A stretch of 64,000 bases of DNA from Vicugna vicugna (taxonomy: Eukaryota): contig MU058584.1 of assembly GCA_013265495.1 (NCBI GenBank), positions 3,290,508 to 3,354,507 of the forward strand, given 5' to 3'. Both the position numbers and the translations under genes were made by a program. A model generated the notes under the pieces. That model worked only from the letters and a program-made list of their open reading frames with translations, ran no database searches and was not told the DNA's origin. This document shows positions 12,281-25,300 of this stretch, piece by piece (positions within the stretch are counted from its first letter, which is position 1; each line of letters opens with the position of its first letter).

Positions 12281-14564
12281 AAAAGGAAATACATAAGAAT
12301 GGTATGAATATCACTGTAAGATGTGGAAAAAGCTATATATATTAAATATGATGAATTATAAACTTTTGAAAAGCTATTACACATACATAGCAGCAAATCA
12401 AATACAGCAAAAGTGTATTCTGTAGGAATGAGGTCTCCTTACTCTACTCTTAATTTCCAAGCCCCTTCTCCTAAGAGATAATAAGGTTCCTCCCAGTTGG
12501 AAGAGCTGTTTCAGACTCTCCTCTATTTCACTCTTGTGCTTTGATCAACTCAACCCCCGAGATTTTTTTTTAAGTGGCTTCTCTTGCCTGGGAGCCAGTT
12601 TTACAGAAAACATGGTTTGAAATGTCTAACGAGTAAATAAGCATTCTCCACATTCGTTCTACAAAGGATTTGTTTTCTCACACCTTGATGCCCCAGACAA
12701 ATACACCTGCCTCTCTGGCACCCTGAATGGCCACTAGCGTGCGTCTGTGTGACAGCTAAGAGGCAGGAGCAGAACTGTGAGTGCACGAGGTGTGAAAGAC
12801 AAACGCCACATGGGGCTGGGCTTCCGTGGGCATTGAGGGGTCTGTGGTTGCACCTGCCTTTTCTCACCAAAGTGCGATCTTTGCTGGTAACCGGCTCCTG
12901 CCGGTGATGGAGCATTTGAGAGTGAGCCCTGGACTTTTCAAGTTGCAAATGCCTTGGCTGAAATCTCACTTAGGCAAAAGATAAGAAACCAAAGCCAATG
13001 AAAATATTCTCTTTCCCTCTGGGCTCCTAAAAATGGCATCGATGTAGAGACCTGTTTGGGTTTATCCTATAGACACTCAGTGCCAGTGAGGGGATCCCTC
13101 AACAGCATCCCCACCAAGGAGGGTCTCAGCCACATCACTCCCCTCCATCATCTTTCCAAGTCTTCATGAAGACAGCTGATTCCAGCTCCAGGGGGGCCCT
13201 GCCCCACCCCCAAGGATGTCAAGTCTCAAGCCTACGGGGAACAGGACAGACTGACTGTTTCAGGGGCCTGATGCATCTTCCCACAGATGCAGTGGGAAAG
13301 GAAAGCAACTCTGAAAAGGAAGTGCTCTGCTCCATGTAGATGCTCCCTCCACGTGGCTGCAGCAACTGCCCTCAGAGCAGTAGGCTCTAAAGAAAGCTGT
13401 GACCCTGGAATTTCATATCCATTCACTCAAAGAATAATCGATGCTATTTAAGCAATCGGTTTATGTGATTCTTGTTACAGCAGTCCAAACCAGAGGCACA
13501 TGTATTTTCTGAAATCGTTCTGAAATCGAACAGTCCAAACCCTGTGCTTCTTCAAAGGGAATATGCTTGCCCTCAGGGAGGAAATGTTTTCTAAAAATAA
13601 GGTGCACCTTTATTGAGCTGCCAAGTATTGTCTACTCTCTTGTCCCCACGGTCAGGGTGGGAAACTTTAGAGCAACACGAAAAGAGAATAACCTCTTCGT
13701 CCACCCTCCCAGCTTGGAGGATGCAGAAAAAGTGTCCTCTCCCTGCCTCTGCAGCTCCTTACCACCAGGATGCCGAGAGAAGCGGGATAAAACCACCCAA
13801 AAGACAGAGAGAACTCGATGAGCCCAGGTTCCAAATGATGGAAGTAGGCAAGTCTCATTTTCACGGGGAAGAATAGAGCACGAACCAATTTAGATGGCGA
13901 AAGAACTCCAGGAATAAATAAAAAGGGTGTGGGAAATGCTAACATCATGATTATCATTGCTTTCAACCCAAAAGTTCATGTTGCAGAGGAGACAGGGACA
14001 CAAAACAGTTTAAATGGAATCTATCTGTAAAATCCTAGAACCTGCCTTTGTCTCAGCCTCGCAGCCCACTCTGGGGTGTGGCAACTGTTCGTGCTAGTGA
14101 GATTATCTACCTCGAAGATGATGGGAACCAATTACTCTCCTATCACTGGGGAAAGACAAAGAGAAATGGCCTCCGTCTGAAGCTGGAGGGATTCCTTGTT
14201 AAGATTCTGAGAGAGTCAAAGATGGTATCTGGCCGAGAATTTTTCTTCTCTAACTTCCGTCTCCCACCCCAAATAGAGGGGTCCAGACGGCAGCAGCAAA
14301 CGCAGCAGGCTGGAGAGTTTGTCCCGGGCAATCCTGAGCTGACTCTGGCTTTTCCTCCCAAATTCCAAAGAGTTACACTGATGGCTCAAAGGACAACCCC
14401 CACACACCCTGCCAAATGCCACCTCTTTAAGAGAGCCACCTGCAGAAGGAGCAGTGCCCCTCAGTGGATGCCCACAGTCAGGCTGCATTTTGAGGTTGTC
14501 AAGAGACGGCAGGGCGTCTGGTTTCTGGGGTGTTTAGTGATGTTCACCTGTTTCCTCAGTGTCC

Positions 14565-14880
14565 AATAAATTACGAACATTTATTTCCCACAGTCCCAGA
14601 GGCTGGAAGCCCAAGGTCAGGGTGCCAGCGTGGCTGGGTTCTAGTGAGGGCCCTCTTCCTGGTTTCTCCACATTGGGGAGAAAAAGAGAGAGAGGGTGCT
14701 GGGATTTTTTCATCTTTTCATCCCTTTATAAGGGCACCAGACCCATCCTGGAGGCTCCTCCCCTATGACCTCATCCAAACCTAATTACCTCCCATAGACC
14801 CCATGCCCAAATACTAACACTTTGGGGATTAAGGCTTCAACATATGAATTTGCAGGGGACACAAGTATTCAGGCCATAAC
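14565..14880 (-). mobile_element. MLT1A-like MaLR LTR (partial)
   Basis: 'atttatttcccacagtcccagaggctggaagcccaaggtcagggtgccagc...ctaattacctccca...ttcaacatatgaattt...attcaggccataac'. Confidence 0.8.
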
Positions 14881-15959
14881 TCCTCCCCTCCTGTAGTCTG
14901 CATCTTCTGAGCTTTCCCAGAAGCTGAATTCAGTCTTACTTCTTAGCTTAGACTAATGGGCTCAGTACCAGCCACCCATCAGGACAATGTGGCACTTTCT
15001 TTCTGTCCACTGGTGGGCATTCTCCAATTGCTGGGATAACCAAGATAACAGAGAGGAAGCAGAGGCCTGGAAAAGGACAATAAATCCAACTGGTTGTTCC
15101 CAGCCACAACTGTACTCCTGGGATCTGCCACAAAAATGTCCTTTCCTCCACACTTAGGAGCGCTTAGATGCTCCTAACAAGGACCATGTACCAGTGCTTC
15201 TTCAGTGCATTCAGTGTGATTATGCTGTTACAGAACACCTTAGAAGTGGGTTGGTTTGACTCCATTTGAATCAGATAATTACTTTACAGACAGAAAACAT
15301 ATACTGTTTTAATTTGTCCAGCTTGAGTAAGAATTGCTTTGGGAGTTGTGTGCAGCATGCTATAAAAATAACTCCTTTTAATTATATTTATTTACTTAAT
15401 GAATCATGCAGATAGTAGGTAAGTGGAGTGTTAAGGCAGCCTGCAGATTTGCCCCAAAGCATCCCATTTACACCGTGCCTTATGATTTATAATGTAATTT
15501 CAAATCCAGTCTTATCTTATATTTGCAGGGAATTTTTCAAGGTTTTGTGCACCTAGTAAGACACAATGCTGGGTCTCGATTTTGGATCTTCTGGCTTCAT
15601 GTCTTGTACTCTTTACAAATGCATTGAGAAAATCATACAATGGGGTCAAGAAAGCCTTATTGGAATTCTCGCTCTGACACTTGGTAGCCATGTGCCCTTG
15701 GGAAAGTCACTTAACCTTTCTCAGCTACAGTAAATGAAGTCTTCGTGGGTTGCTTAAGATAGGAGACAAGAAACCTGAGACTACTTTGGAATGTGTGAAG
15801 TGTAGATCTCAAGCCTTACGTGGAACAGAATACCTGTTAATGCAGAGATTAAATGGGGTCCCCGGAGAGGCTGTAATTATTGTTTTTGTTGCTATTAGCA
15901 GGTGCAGTTGACCGCTTCTTCTCGGTATCTATCCCAGACAGAAAAACCACCTGGAAGCA

Positions 15960-16202
15960 GACCTTCTAGAACTCTCGATCCCACTTACCTGTTCTTTCAT
16001 CTCCCTCCCCTAGCACTTCTCACCGTCGAACACTCTATACAGTTTCCTTATTTATTGTGAATGTTGTCTGTCTTCCCTCCCACCAGAACGGAAGTTCCAG
16101 AAGGGATGGATTTTTGTCTGTTTGGTTCTCTGAGGAATGCCAGGCGGCTACGATTGTGTCCGGCGCACGTTGATCACTTAATAAGCATTTGTTGAAATAA
16201 TA
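15960..16202 (+). mobile_element. L2 LINE 3' end
   Basis: 'ttgtctgtcttccctcc...tttttgtctgtttggttc...cacttaataagcatttgttgaa' is the L2 terminus. Confidence 0.7.
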
Positions 16203-17980
16203 AATCTTTTTGCTCTGCTGGTCAGTTCAGAGATCGCCTGCATGCGTGCAAACGTGGGCTCCCAGGGACGGGGCACAGGAAAAGCACATCAACTTGCAAA
16301 GGGACCCTGGGCCTTTCTGTCAGCCAGCTCCTCCTCCCTAGGCTGGAAGTGGGGACAGTCACTGGGCTCCCCAAGAGGCTCAGACCCAGGCTCAGAGCAG
16401 GAACACGGGTGAGCTCACTGACTCACGGACGACAGGGCTCAGGTCGTTGACCCGTGTGTAACACAGAGACTTGCTTAAACATTTGCAAGGAGGGTGATTT
16501 CAGCTCAAAGCAGTCAGTCACTGTTCTCAAAGAAAAAGGATGCCAGCAGAGCTGGGACTGGAGGCCCTTCCATAATCTACTTTGTGCTGAAATCAAAGCT
16601 GTACCAAGGGGACAACTTGTGTCCCGAGCATCCTGGACGTCTTTGGCCTCAGGTAGTGGGAAGGGAAGGCAGGAGGAAGGGAAGGCAGGACCGGGTCAAT
16701 GTGACTCTATTGTTTCTGTTGGGGGTTTTGACTCTCTCTGTGATGAGTTCAGGGCCCAGCATTCCTGAGAAATTGGGGGCAGGTGGGCTGAGGAGCCTCA
16801 AGAAGGGACTACTGACCTCTCTGCTAACAGGACCTAAGAAAGTTCAAGTAACCGATTTGAAAAATAAAAGAAATGCAGCCGTATTTGTGCTCCAAGTTGA
16901 TTTGGCAGGTTGTGCCCTTTTTTTCACAGTGGTAACAATAAATACATAGTTTCAGTTTGAATATTCTGTCTTCGCTCCCCCAAATTTCTTCTTTAAGTGT
17001 ATATGTATCAGTGTTTTTTTTTTAAAATCAGACACATCCTTGTTTCCTTTCCCAAACCATTACAGAATTTAACACAGAACATCATAGTTCTTTTTACGTG
17101 AGAAAGAAATACTACTTATATTTTTAGTTTGCCTCAATTGTCACTACGTTCCTCAAACCTCCTTCACACGTTCGAGTGGTACAGGTATCCCCTGTTTTTT
17201 GTTAAGTTCATTTTACGAATACTTCGCTTTCGTGAAAGACGTATATTAGCAACTGTTTTTGTTAACTGAAAAAAAAATCTGAAGAGGATTTTTGTTTTAA
17301 AAGGCGAAAAGTGAAAGTTCAGCGTTTCCTTTGCAGGAGCCAGAGGCACAGTGGCCCCGCCAAGCTCCTTCCCTGGAAACTACATGCAGCATGTCAGCAC
17401 CAAGCCACCGTGGCTCTGGGTTGTGAGCATCTGCGCTTTATCTCGATTTATTTTGTGCATCAGTTAGCAAGATGTGTCCTAAGCTTCTTTGATTTACACC
17501 ATTTTGGTTAATGAAAGTTTTCATCAGCACAACCTGCTTTCAAAAAGCCGGGGAGACCTGTGTTCGCACACGCATACATACTTGGTATGTTCAGCCATTG
17601 CCAGGGCACTGTTTATTTCTTAAATTGAACAAACGAGGTAAAAAAGAGAGGAGATTGACCTTTCCCAGAGAGTGTACCTTAGATCATGCTTTTGAATGGA
17701 AAAGATGCTAGAATTCCTTTCCTAAAGTACGTCTACAAAGCTGTTGCCCACAGCACTGAGCGTGTGCTGCCAACGTGGTAATGGCGGTGGAGGGGAGGTG
17801 CCGTAAATTGAAAATATGTGTGTTTAAAAATGTGCTCCCCTCACCTCATGACATGTAAGATAGAGAAGTATTTTTTTCCCCAGGAGTGGAAACCATTATT
17901 TACCACTTTTTATTTCAGTATCTGGGTCTCCTTCCTTCCTCTTCCCCTTTTGAGTGGTAGTAGGGATGGTGGTGGTGGGG

Positions 17981-18052
17981 GTGTGTGTGTATGTGTGTGT
18001 GTGTGCACGCGTGCGTGAGACAGAGAGAGAGAAACAGACAAAGAGAGAGAGA
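17981..18052. repeat. Compound (GT)n(GA)n microsatellite
   Basis: Directly visible. Confidence 0.85.
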
Positions 18053-19059
18053 AAATATGAACTAATGACTCCCAGCCCTCTTAAACCTGCTGATCCCACA
18101 GAACGGTCACATCTCTTATTTAAAACAGCCATGATAGATCTGAACAAAAGGTCCAGCAGAGGGAATAGCTATTACCTAGATGACACCAAGCACTTACCAG
18201 CCGGGCGCTGGCTTCCAAAGCAGAAAAGCGGGGTCGGGGTGAGGCGGCGGGGAGAGGCAGAGCGGGGCTCCGATGTGCTGGGTCCTCAGGTCCTCCCACC
18301 TCCATCAGGTTTTCAGAATCCAAGCACAGGTCAAGAGCTCCATCCCAGCTACACTTCCCACTCTTGCCTCGCTGCAGCCAGACCATTCAAACCTGCATCT
18401 CTGAAGGAGACGAGGCAGTATCGCAGAAGCCTTAACTGCCTTCGGGAGCCCAGACTTTTCCAAATATCTTGTTTCAGTCAGACCCTGGGTAGCAAGAGTT
18501 AAGCTACAGGAAAATCATTCAGCAAAAGCCAAGTGGAAACTGGTCAAAGGGGGCTCCAAGGAGGAGTGGTGGTCGGAGGAGATGGAAGGGCAAAGTGTGC
18601 CCTCTGTGTTTCTAGAATGTTCTCCTCCCCCAGTTTCACAGCACCAAGTCACAGACTAGGATAGCCTCTCATCAGGGAGGAGGGTGAGGCCCCCTTTCTG
18701 TTCCTTACTCAGTGTCATTCAACTTCTTTCTCAGCTTAGACTTGTCTTCTGGACCAACTTTAACTCAGCGCTCTGCCTTGGCCTGCCAGTTTTCCTAGCT
18801 GGGTTAGGACTCCTGCACCTGCCCTCGAAATGTCCCAGGGTTGCTTGTTCCTGGGGCCTTCCCTGGGCTTTTTGGAAAACCAGGCACTGCATCTTTAAGG
18901 ACCAACTTAAAGAGAAAAGAAACGTTGTTGTTGTTGTTGTTGAATACATACTGTATTTAACATTTTTTTTAATCCCAGAGAAGTGAAATGCAACATCTGT
19001 TTGAGTTTACATTAACATCCAAAGACTGACGACTCAGAATTTCCTAATGAAAGTCATTT

Positions 19060-19194
19060 TTAAGGCACTCTGCAGAGCCAGCTTTCGTCTCTTCCTTCGT
19101 TGGGTTTTTTTTCCTCCAAACTGTAGCAGAATACCTGGTTTCTCTTTCTTCGAAGTGATACACACATGCTCATGCTTTTAACCTGCTTTTTGTC
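19060..19194 (-). CDS. FAM78B: Candidate alternative terminal coding exon of FAM78B (DKKQVKSMSMCVSLRRKRNQVFCYSLEEKKPNEGRDESWLCRVP*)
   Basis: Minus-strand acceptor 'ttgtgctgtttttcggtgtcgtcag|GAC' (AG at 19196-19195) is phase 0, matching a phase-0 internal donor CTG|GTTGTG at 31697/31696 in the FAM78B exon. It is followed by repeat-poor, 3' UTR-like sequence. Inferred; no transcript evidence available. Confidence 0.45.
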   Translation of the reverse strand, partial: DKKQVKSMSMCVSLRRKRNQVFCYSLEEKKPNEGRDESWLCRVP

Positions 19195-20774
19195 CTGACG
19201 ACACCGAAAAACAGCACAATTCCAATCAGGCGACAGGGAAGGAAGGACATACATGTGGGTAGGTGGGTGAGGAGAGCACAGGGAGGGGAGACAAGAACAT
19301 CCATGAACTGGTGTGGTGGTAGCAGGAAAAACAGGGAGCAGAAGGGAAATGGAACAGGGTGGGGTGGGCCGGATGGCTGGCAGCCCGTGAAAAATAGGCT
19401 ACATTTCCCAGTGAGGTTTAAATTAATTTAGCTGGTTCCTTTTTTTTTTTTAATTTGTAAAGATAGGGTCAATATAAGGGAGGTGTCTCAAAAGGATGGA
19501 AATTGTATATAGGTTAGGTGTGCTTGCTTGTGCTCATCCACTGAAGGTTCAACTTTAGCAACAGGTATGATTTGGGGGGGCTCTTAAACGTTCCCCTCTG
19601 AAAAAAAAATAATCTCCCTTACTGGCCCACTACTGTGCCTGAAATTCCCACCATGAGAGCCACTCCTTTGGATTAAGGCATTATCTGTAGCCCCTATTAA
19701 AGCATAAATGTCATCTGGGAGGGGTAACACTCAACTCTTTAGCACCCACTGACTCAACTGTCTGTCACCGATCAGAGAGTAGGACCCTGAGAAATGGGAC
19801 GTAGGGTGGGGACAATGTGACTAGTGGGGAAACAAGGCTTGGTGATCAGGGAAAAGGGGGGAGGGGCAGGCTGGGCAGCTGAGGGTGTGTGCAACATAGT
19901 GCTTGCCCCAGGAAGTTTCTCCAGTGGGAGAGATGGGGTAGAAAAACAACTCTTCTCACATCACAGGCTTCTTAGGCTGTGTGTGCACATGGTACATAAC
20001 AATGTGTAGATACTACAACACTCTGTGTGTGTATCTGATACAGAATTCACTTGGACCCTTATGAACATGCTACATCTCTGTGGATCTCTATGGATTGTTT
20101 ATAGTGTGTACATGTACATATGTAAGCACACACACACCATATTCACACACACATTTACTCACACTCAGAAGCGGAGATCTTGTAAGTATGATGTGTGAGC
20201 TATCTCTTCTCAGCCATCTGGGATTTGGATGCAGCCCAAATCTCGGGGAAAGGACTGGCTTGGGGCAACGTGACTCCTTTCTCTGTTATCAGTAGACCTT
20301 CATTCAGTTCAGGTGACTCTGCAGAAATGGCCAAGGCTTGGGTTATGAAGACTGAGCATGGGCCTTCCTATCTGGATTGGGATTTGGAGATCTAAGTGCC
20401 TCCAGCTTTGGAGTTTGGGAGCTTGGAGTGGGGGTAGCTGTAGAGAGAATCTGGCAAGGGGTAGGTTTCTGCTTGTGGAAAAGATGGAAGTCATTTAAAA
20501 GCAGCCCCCAGGCTGGGTGCAGGCACCAGCCTCCGAATTCAACTGGCAGAACCTGCCAGCTCTCTGGGGATCTGCTCAGGTTGGTTGGCCTGATGGGGAA
20601 GGTTCAGTGGGAAGGGTTAGAGATGGGGAAGGTTCAGGGCTGGAGGAATGGAAAGAGGACTTGTCATTCTTCAATGGCCTTTTCCTATTCTTGGTGCTGA
20701 AGAAAGATTGGGAAGTAAAGAATGAAGGATGTGGATGGTGAGGAGGGGCAAAGGAGGGAAGACAGACACTAGAA

Positions 20775-20945
20775 GGGCTTCTCAACCCTAGTCTCCCATT
20801 AGAATCATCTGGGTGACTTTTTAAAAACGCCAGTGCCAGGCTCTACCCCCAGAGAGTCTACTGTAATGAGCTGGGGAGGGGACCAGGAATGTTTTGGGTT
20901 TTTTTTTTTTTTTTTGTAAGCTCCTCAGGTGTCTTTAATGTGCAT
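20775..20945. mobile_element. MER5-family hAT MITE
   Basis: 'gcttctcaaccct...cattagaatcatctgggtgactttttaaaaacgccagtgccaggctctacccccagagagtct...aagctcctcaggtg'. Confidence 0.75.
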
Positions 20946-22143
20946 GTGGCATTAGTTAAGAAGACAGCACCAGAACAGAAAGAGAAGTCTAGGTCTCAGA
21001 TGATCAGGCTGGAGCTGACTGGCCAAGCCCCACCATGCACACGAAGGAGAAGGGGAGGACTGGTGTGAGGGTCGCAGGGTATGGGGAGGATTCTTAGAGC
21101 TTCTATCTGAACAGTCAAGCCTCTGCTGATGTGAGTGGCTTTATAGTCTCACTAGCTGGTGGTTTCTAACCTCATTTCTGGTTGAAAATCTGTTTGAGGT
21201 GGAGGTGTTTGGGCACAGGAAGAGAACCTTCCCCCCCTTATTTTCTGTGACTTCAAAGACGAAAAATTCATTGTGTCCTATGGGGCCAAGAAGACAAATT
21301 CTGGGGCTGGATGCTTCAAAGATGGGAATGAATTTTCTGCTGTATAATAAATACATACTTCATAAATCGGTCAATCAATCAGCAAGGCAATAAATAATGT
21401 ACACCATTCTTGCCCTCTTAGGGTGGTTCTCCCCTCACCCCATTGGTCCTAGTGACCGACCCTTTGCCACTGGTCACCTGAAGGCACCCAGCTTGGCCAT
21501 GTAGGGGAAGTAGAACAGCTTTGGCCTTGGCTTTCCAAGGATCAGAGAAATCTAGAGAGAGTATTAACACTGGCTACCCACATGAAGAAGGGAGAAAGAG
21601 GGGAGATGTGTATTCCCTTTGTTTCCCACCGGGAAGTGTAGGGAAGGAAGGCAGGTTTTGGGAACCAATGCTGGAACATTTTAGATACCTGAAGTCCAAG
21701 CTGACCAGCTCGTCATTCCAGCTTCACTTAGCGGATTTGAGATCTGGAGGGACCCACTCTTTCCACAAAAGAGATACAACAGGCACAACTCCCACCTCAA
21801 CACAGCTCCCCAGGAGCCAAACAGCCAGCCCAGCCAGCCCAGCCAGCCCACAGGGAGAGCTGCATGGCACACGGTGGGATGGGAGCGGGTACAGGTCATG
21901 GGTTGAGGGGATGGGAGGATGGCGAGGAAACAAGTAGGATGGCACCCATGTTAGTGGGAAATCAGCTATCCAGGGCTTCAGCTTCTGGAGTTCCCAGCCA
22001 CTGCTCTTTTCCTCTTTAGTCTCTGCCATGTGGTTCTGCTCCTGGGTGTGCCTTGTCCTACTAGGTGACCTGTATGTGGACATGGAGACATGTAAATAAA
22101 ACGGGCATTAAGGCAGTGACCAAAGAATGTCATTCCATAAAAT

Positions 22144-22310
22144 CAGATGTTCAAAATCTGGGCTCCATACATAGATTGCAAGGGGACAATGACCCTGAAA
22201 TTTTATGCAAAATTGTAAGTAGCTTATTTCCATATGCTTTGCTCTATCAAGATGGTCTATAGCATTTGTGAGTTTCTTAAAAAAGGATTAAAAGCTAAAA
22301 TAACGTTAAG
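22144..22310. mobile_element. hAT-Charlie MITE remnant (MER103C-like)
   Basis: 'aatctgggctccat...ccctgaaattttatgcaaaatt...ctatagcattt...aaaaaaggattaa'; degraded. Confidence 0.4.
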
Positions 22311-25300
22311 GGATTCTAGATTGTCTATGGATGTATCTCATCAGCAAGGCACAAAAAGATCTACAGAAATGGGTGGGAATTCCAGATGCCCCACCCCACC
22401 CCCATGGCCTCGTTTCTCAGCATCCAAAGGCACAAGGTGATTTGCAAGAACCAGAATCCCTGTGGCTTACCCAGTATTCCTGTGCATGACGCATACTCCA
22501 ACTGTGCTAAAACTTCTTGAATGTGAGTCTATGTTATTCAATTTGAAGTTGTCAATCAGTTTCTCGTTAAAAAAGAAAAATTGTTTCCACTATTTTTTGG
22601 TGTCGGTACTTGTATATATTGCTTTATGTAAGAGCTGTGGTCCTAAAGAAGAAGTAGGTGAACTGAATTTTTAAAATAAAAAGGATATATTTGAATGTAC
22701 AAAAAAAAAGTTGCTCTCAGGAGCAACTCATTGAGGAGCAAAGGAAGCATTGGACATCTTCCTCTTTCTTCTCTGATCATGTTCTTTATGTTTTGTATCA
22801 TTGGATTGTTGATATACTGGGTTTGCTTACAGGGATGTACTGCTGTGATGACACAATGAGTTTTTAAATTACAAATGAACACTGTTGCATTTTCAGGTTG
22901 TATGCATAGTTTCAGTTTCAGAAAGTAAACCGATCCAAAATTCTTACACAGATGGTCAAATAAACTCACTCCAGTTGTTTGAAGTTTGCAGACAACCCCA
23001 TGATACATACAAATGGGGACTTGATAACCTAGAAGCCATTCTAGAAACTGTCCCTCCATACACCCTGTGCTCTGGAGTAGCTGTCATACTCTATTATCAG
23101 TGAATGCCAGTTCTCCTTCCTGCCATGAGCGACTGGTCAGAGGCACTGATTATGCTAGGCTCTGCCAGCCCTTCGATGTCTCGCATGGCACAGAGTGAGA
23201 CATGATGGGTGATGGGGTGGGGAACCATGTGAACACACGTGGGCAGAGGTTTTGAGACAAACTCACAGAGTCAGTCTGCTGCTCATGGACCACACTGAAG
23301 AGATGCCCATGTGCAAAAGTCACATCGTCATGATGACTGCTTTACATGACCATTATATTCATTATCATATTATTCACATTGTATTAATTCTACAATAAGG
23401 GTGCCTTTGGGTTGGCGTAATTTTTGTACAGAAAATATTTTAACTGCATGGTTGAGTTCCATCTCTCAGTTTCCCCAGGGTAAAGCAGGAGAAGTTCAGA
23501 GCCCTCTGTCAATGTGCCCTCACAAGCCTAAAAACTTTAAGGGGGTGACCGTGACTCTAAGAACAGGTCTTCTTCCCATTTCACAGATGGAGTGAGTGAC
23601 CTGCAGAGTAGGTGACCTGCAGAAGAGGACCTGCATGATAGTCAATTCAAAATTAAGCTTCCGGGGGTCTCAGAGTTCCTGGTTCATGAGACCATCCTGA
23701 GCATTCGAAAGAAGCTTGGGAAATATCTCCTTTACTGAAGAGGAAAAGACAAGATTGTTCTGGCTGCAGAAAGTTTGGAATCCGACTGAGTTGAGAGCTG
23801 TGTATCCTGTCACAACAAATTCCCTATTTCCTTTCTGATAAACGTGCCCAAAGAAGGCATTGCTTGCTGTTTGAGTCTGTGAGTGGCTCTTAGGAGCAGG
23901 TATCTTCTTGCTGTTTCAGAAGACACACGGAATTCTTTAGGTGAGAGAGTGGGTGAGTCTTTCGTCCCTGATCTCTGTGTGTGTGTGTGTGTAAGACTGT
24001 GTGTGGACGCATGCACTCTGTGCATGAAGCGGTACGTGGGGTAGTGCCTCAGTCTTTGTTCATCTGATATGCATATGCAGAGATCTTCTTTCTTTCCTAA
24101 TTAATTAGAAGTAATAGCTTTCTATAGTTTCTGGTACGTGAGGGAGTGAAGTGGGAAGTAATCTAATTGGCTGCCTTGCTTTCAGAGCCCAGTTTAATGA
24201 AATAGTTCTCAGCTTGAAGTGCATGTATTATCTTTCCTGTTATTTTTCCAATTAACATTTCATTGGATCACGTCTGTGTGGAATATTCTAATTGGTTTGA
24301 AGGGTGGGGGTGACGGGATGAGAGCAGATGGGGAGATAACCAGCTGCTTCTTTCACCATCAGAGCCTGTGTGTGTCCTGATGTGGCTGTAGGTTTTCCCC
24401 GGCGCCTTTCCTGGGAAGAGCTCAAAGAGCTTGACAGAGTGCCACCTTGTCCCCTTAGCCAACCTCACGGAGCCCTTGGGCCAGAAACGCAACGTCCCCT
24501 CACAGGCAGACTGAGGGAGTACTTGCCAAGGTTCTGGGGTTCCTGGCGATGTGTGACCCCAAAGGGGAAAACGAGCGGCTCCCAGAGTTTCCTGTGAGCA
24601 TCACGTACCTGCAGACTCTGGAACATAGCAGACACCCCTGTACATACTTGTTGAAAGACTGAGTGCCCAGAGAGGTCTCACAATACCCTCCCACACCTGC
24701 CCTTCTTGTGAAGAGAACGATGCACAGAGGATGGTATGAAGCAGGGCTGGGGCTGGGGTGAGGCAAGCCAGGCACCTAGGGCAGATCCTGAAGGGGGCTC
24801 CCCCACTGCCCAGCAGGTGCAGAAGCAGTGTTTGCAAACAGGAGTGAGTGCCTTCTTAGAGTTTCCAGCCAGACATCCTGATTGGTTCACACTAGCTCTG
24901 GGCCTGGCCTGAGGCAAAGCATCCCATCCTCCTTTCTGACTCCTCCCCGTTCCCAGTGATGCCAAGTCTCAGCCAGTCCGAGGCCAGCCCCACACTCAGC
25001 TCACCTCTCCATTCAAACGCTTCCTGTGCCCGTCAGAGCCCCTCACGCTCCCCAGGGAAGTCTGTGTGCAGCTAGGCCACTGCTCTCTGTCTTGGCCCTC
25101 TCCCCTCATTGCTGTAATTCAGATGCCTCTTTTCCCTTCTCTCAGGCATTATTGCACCCAGCATTCAGCTGTTTTATGGGTCAGGTCACGTTTTCTGGGT
25201 TAGCCAAGGACAAATGGGAGCCTGGAGGCAGACAGTCTCCTTTGCACAGCCACATGGCCTGCTGCCCTGAAGCCTGGCTTCATGCTTGTCTTGGTGAGAA

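Noticed and set aside
14048..14569. 173-aa plus-strand ORF
   Set aside because: No recognisable homology and a non-ATG start; its length is compatible with chance in GC-balanced DNA.
17954..18502. 182-aa plus-strand ORF
   Set aside because: Starts in a GT/GA microsatellite, has low complexity and no recognisable domain, and is antisense to the presumed FAM78B UTR.
21822..21848. (CAGCCAGCC)x3 giving an ASPASPASP peptide in an ORF
   Set aside because: A simple short tandem repeat; the surrounding ORF has no coding signature.
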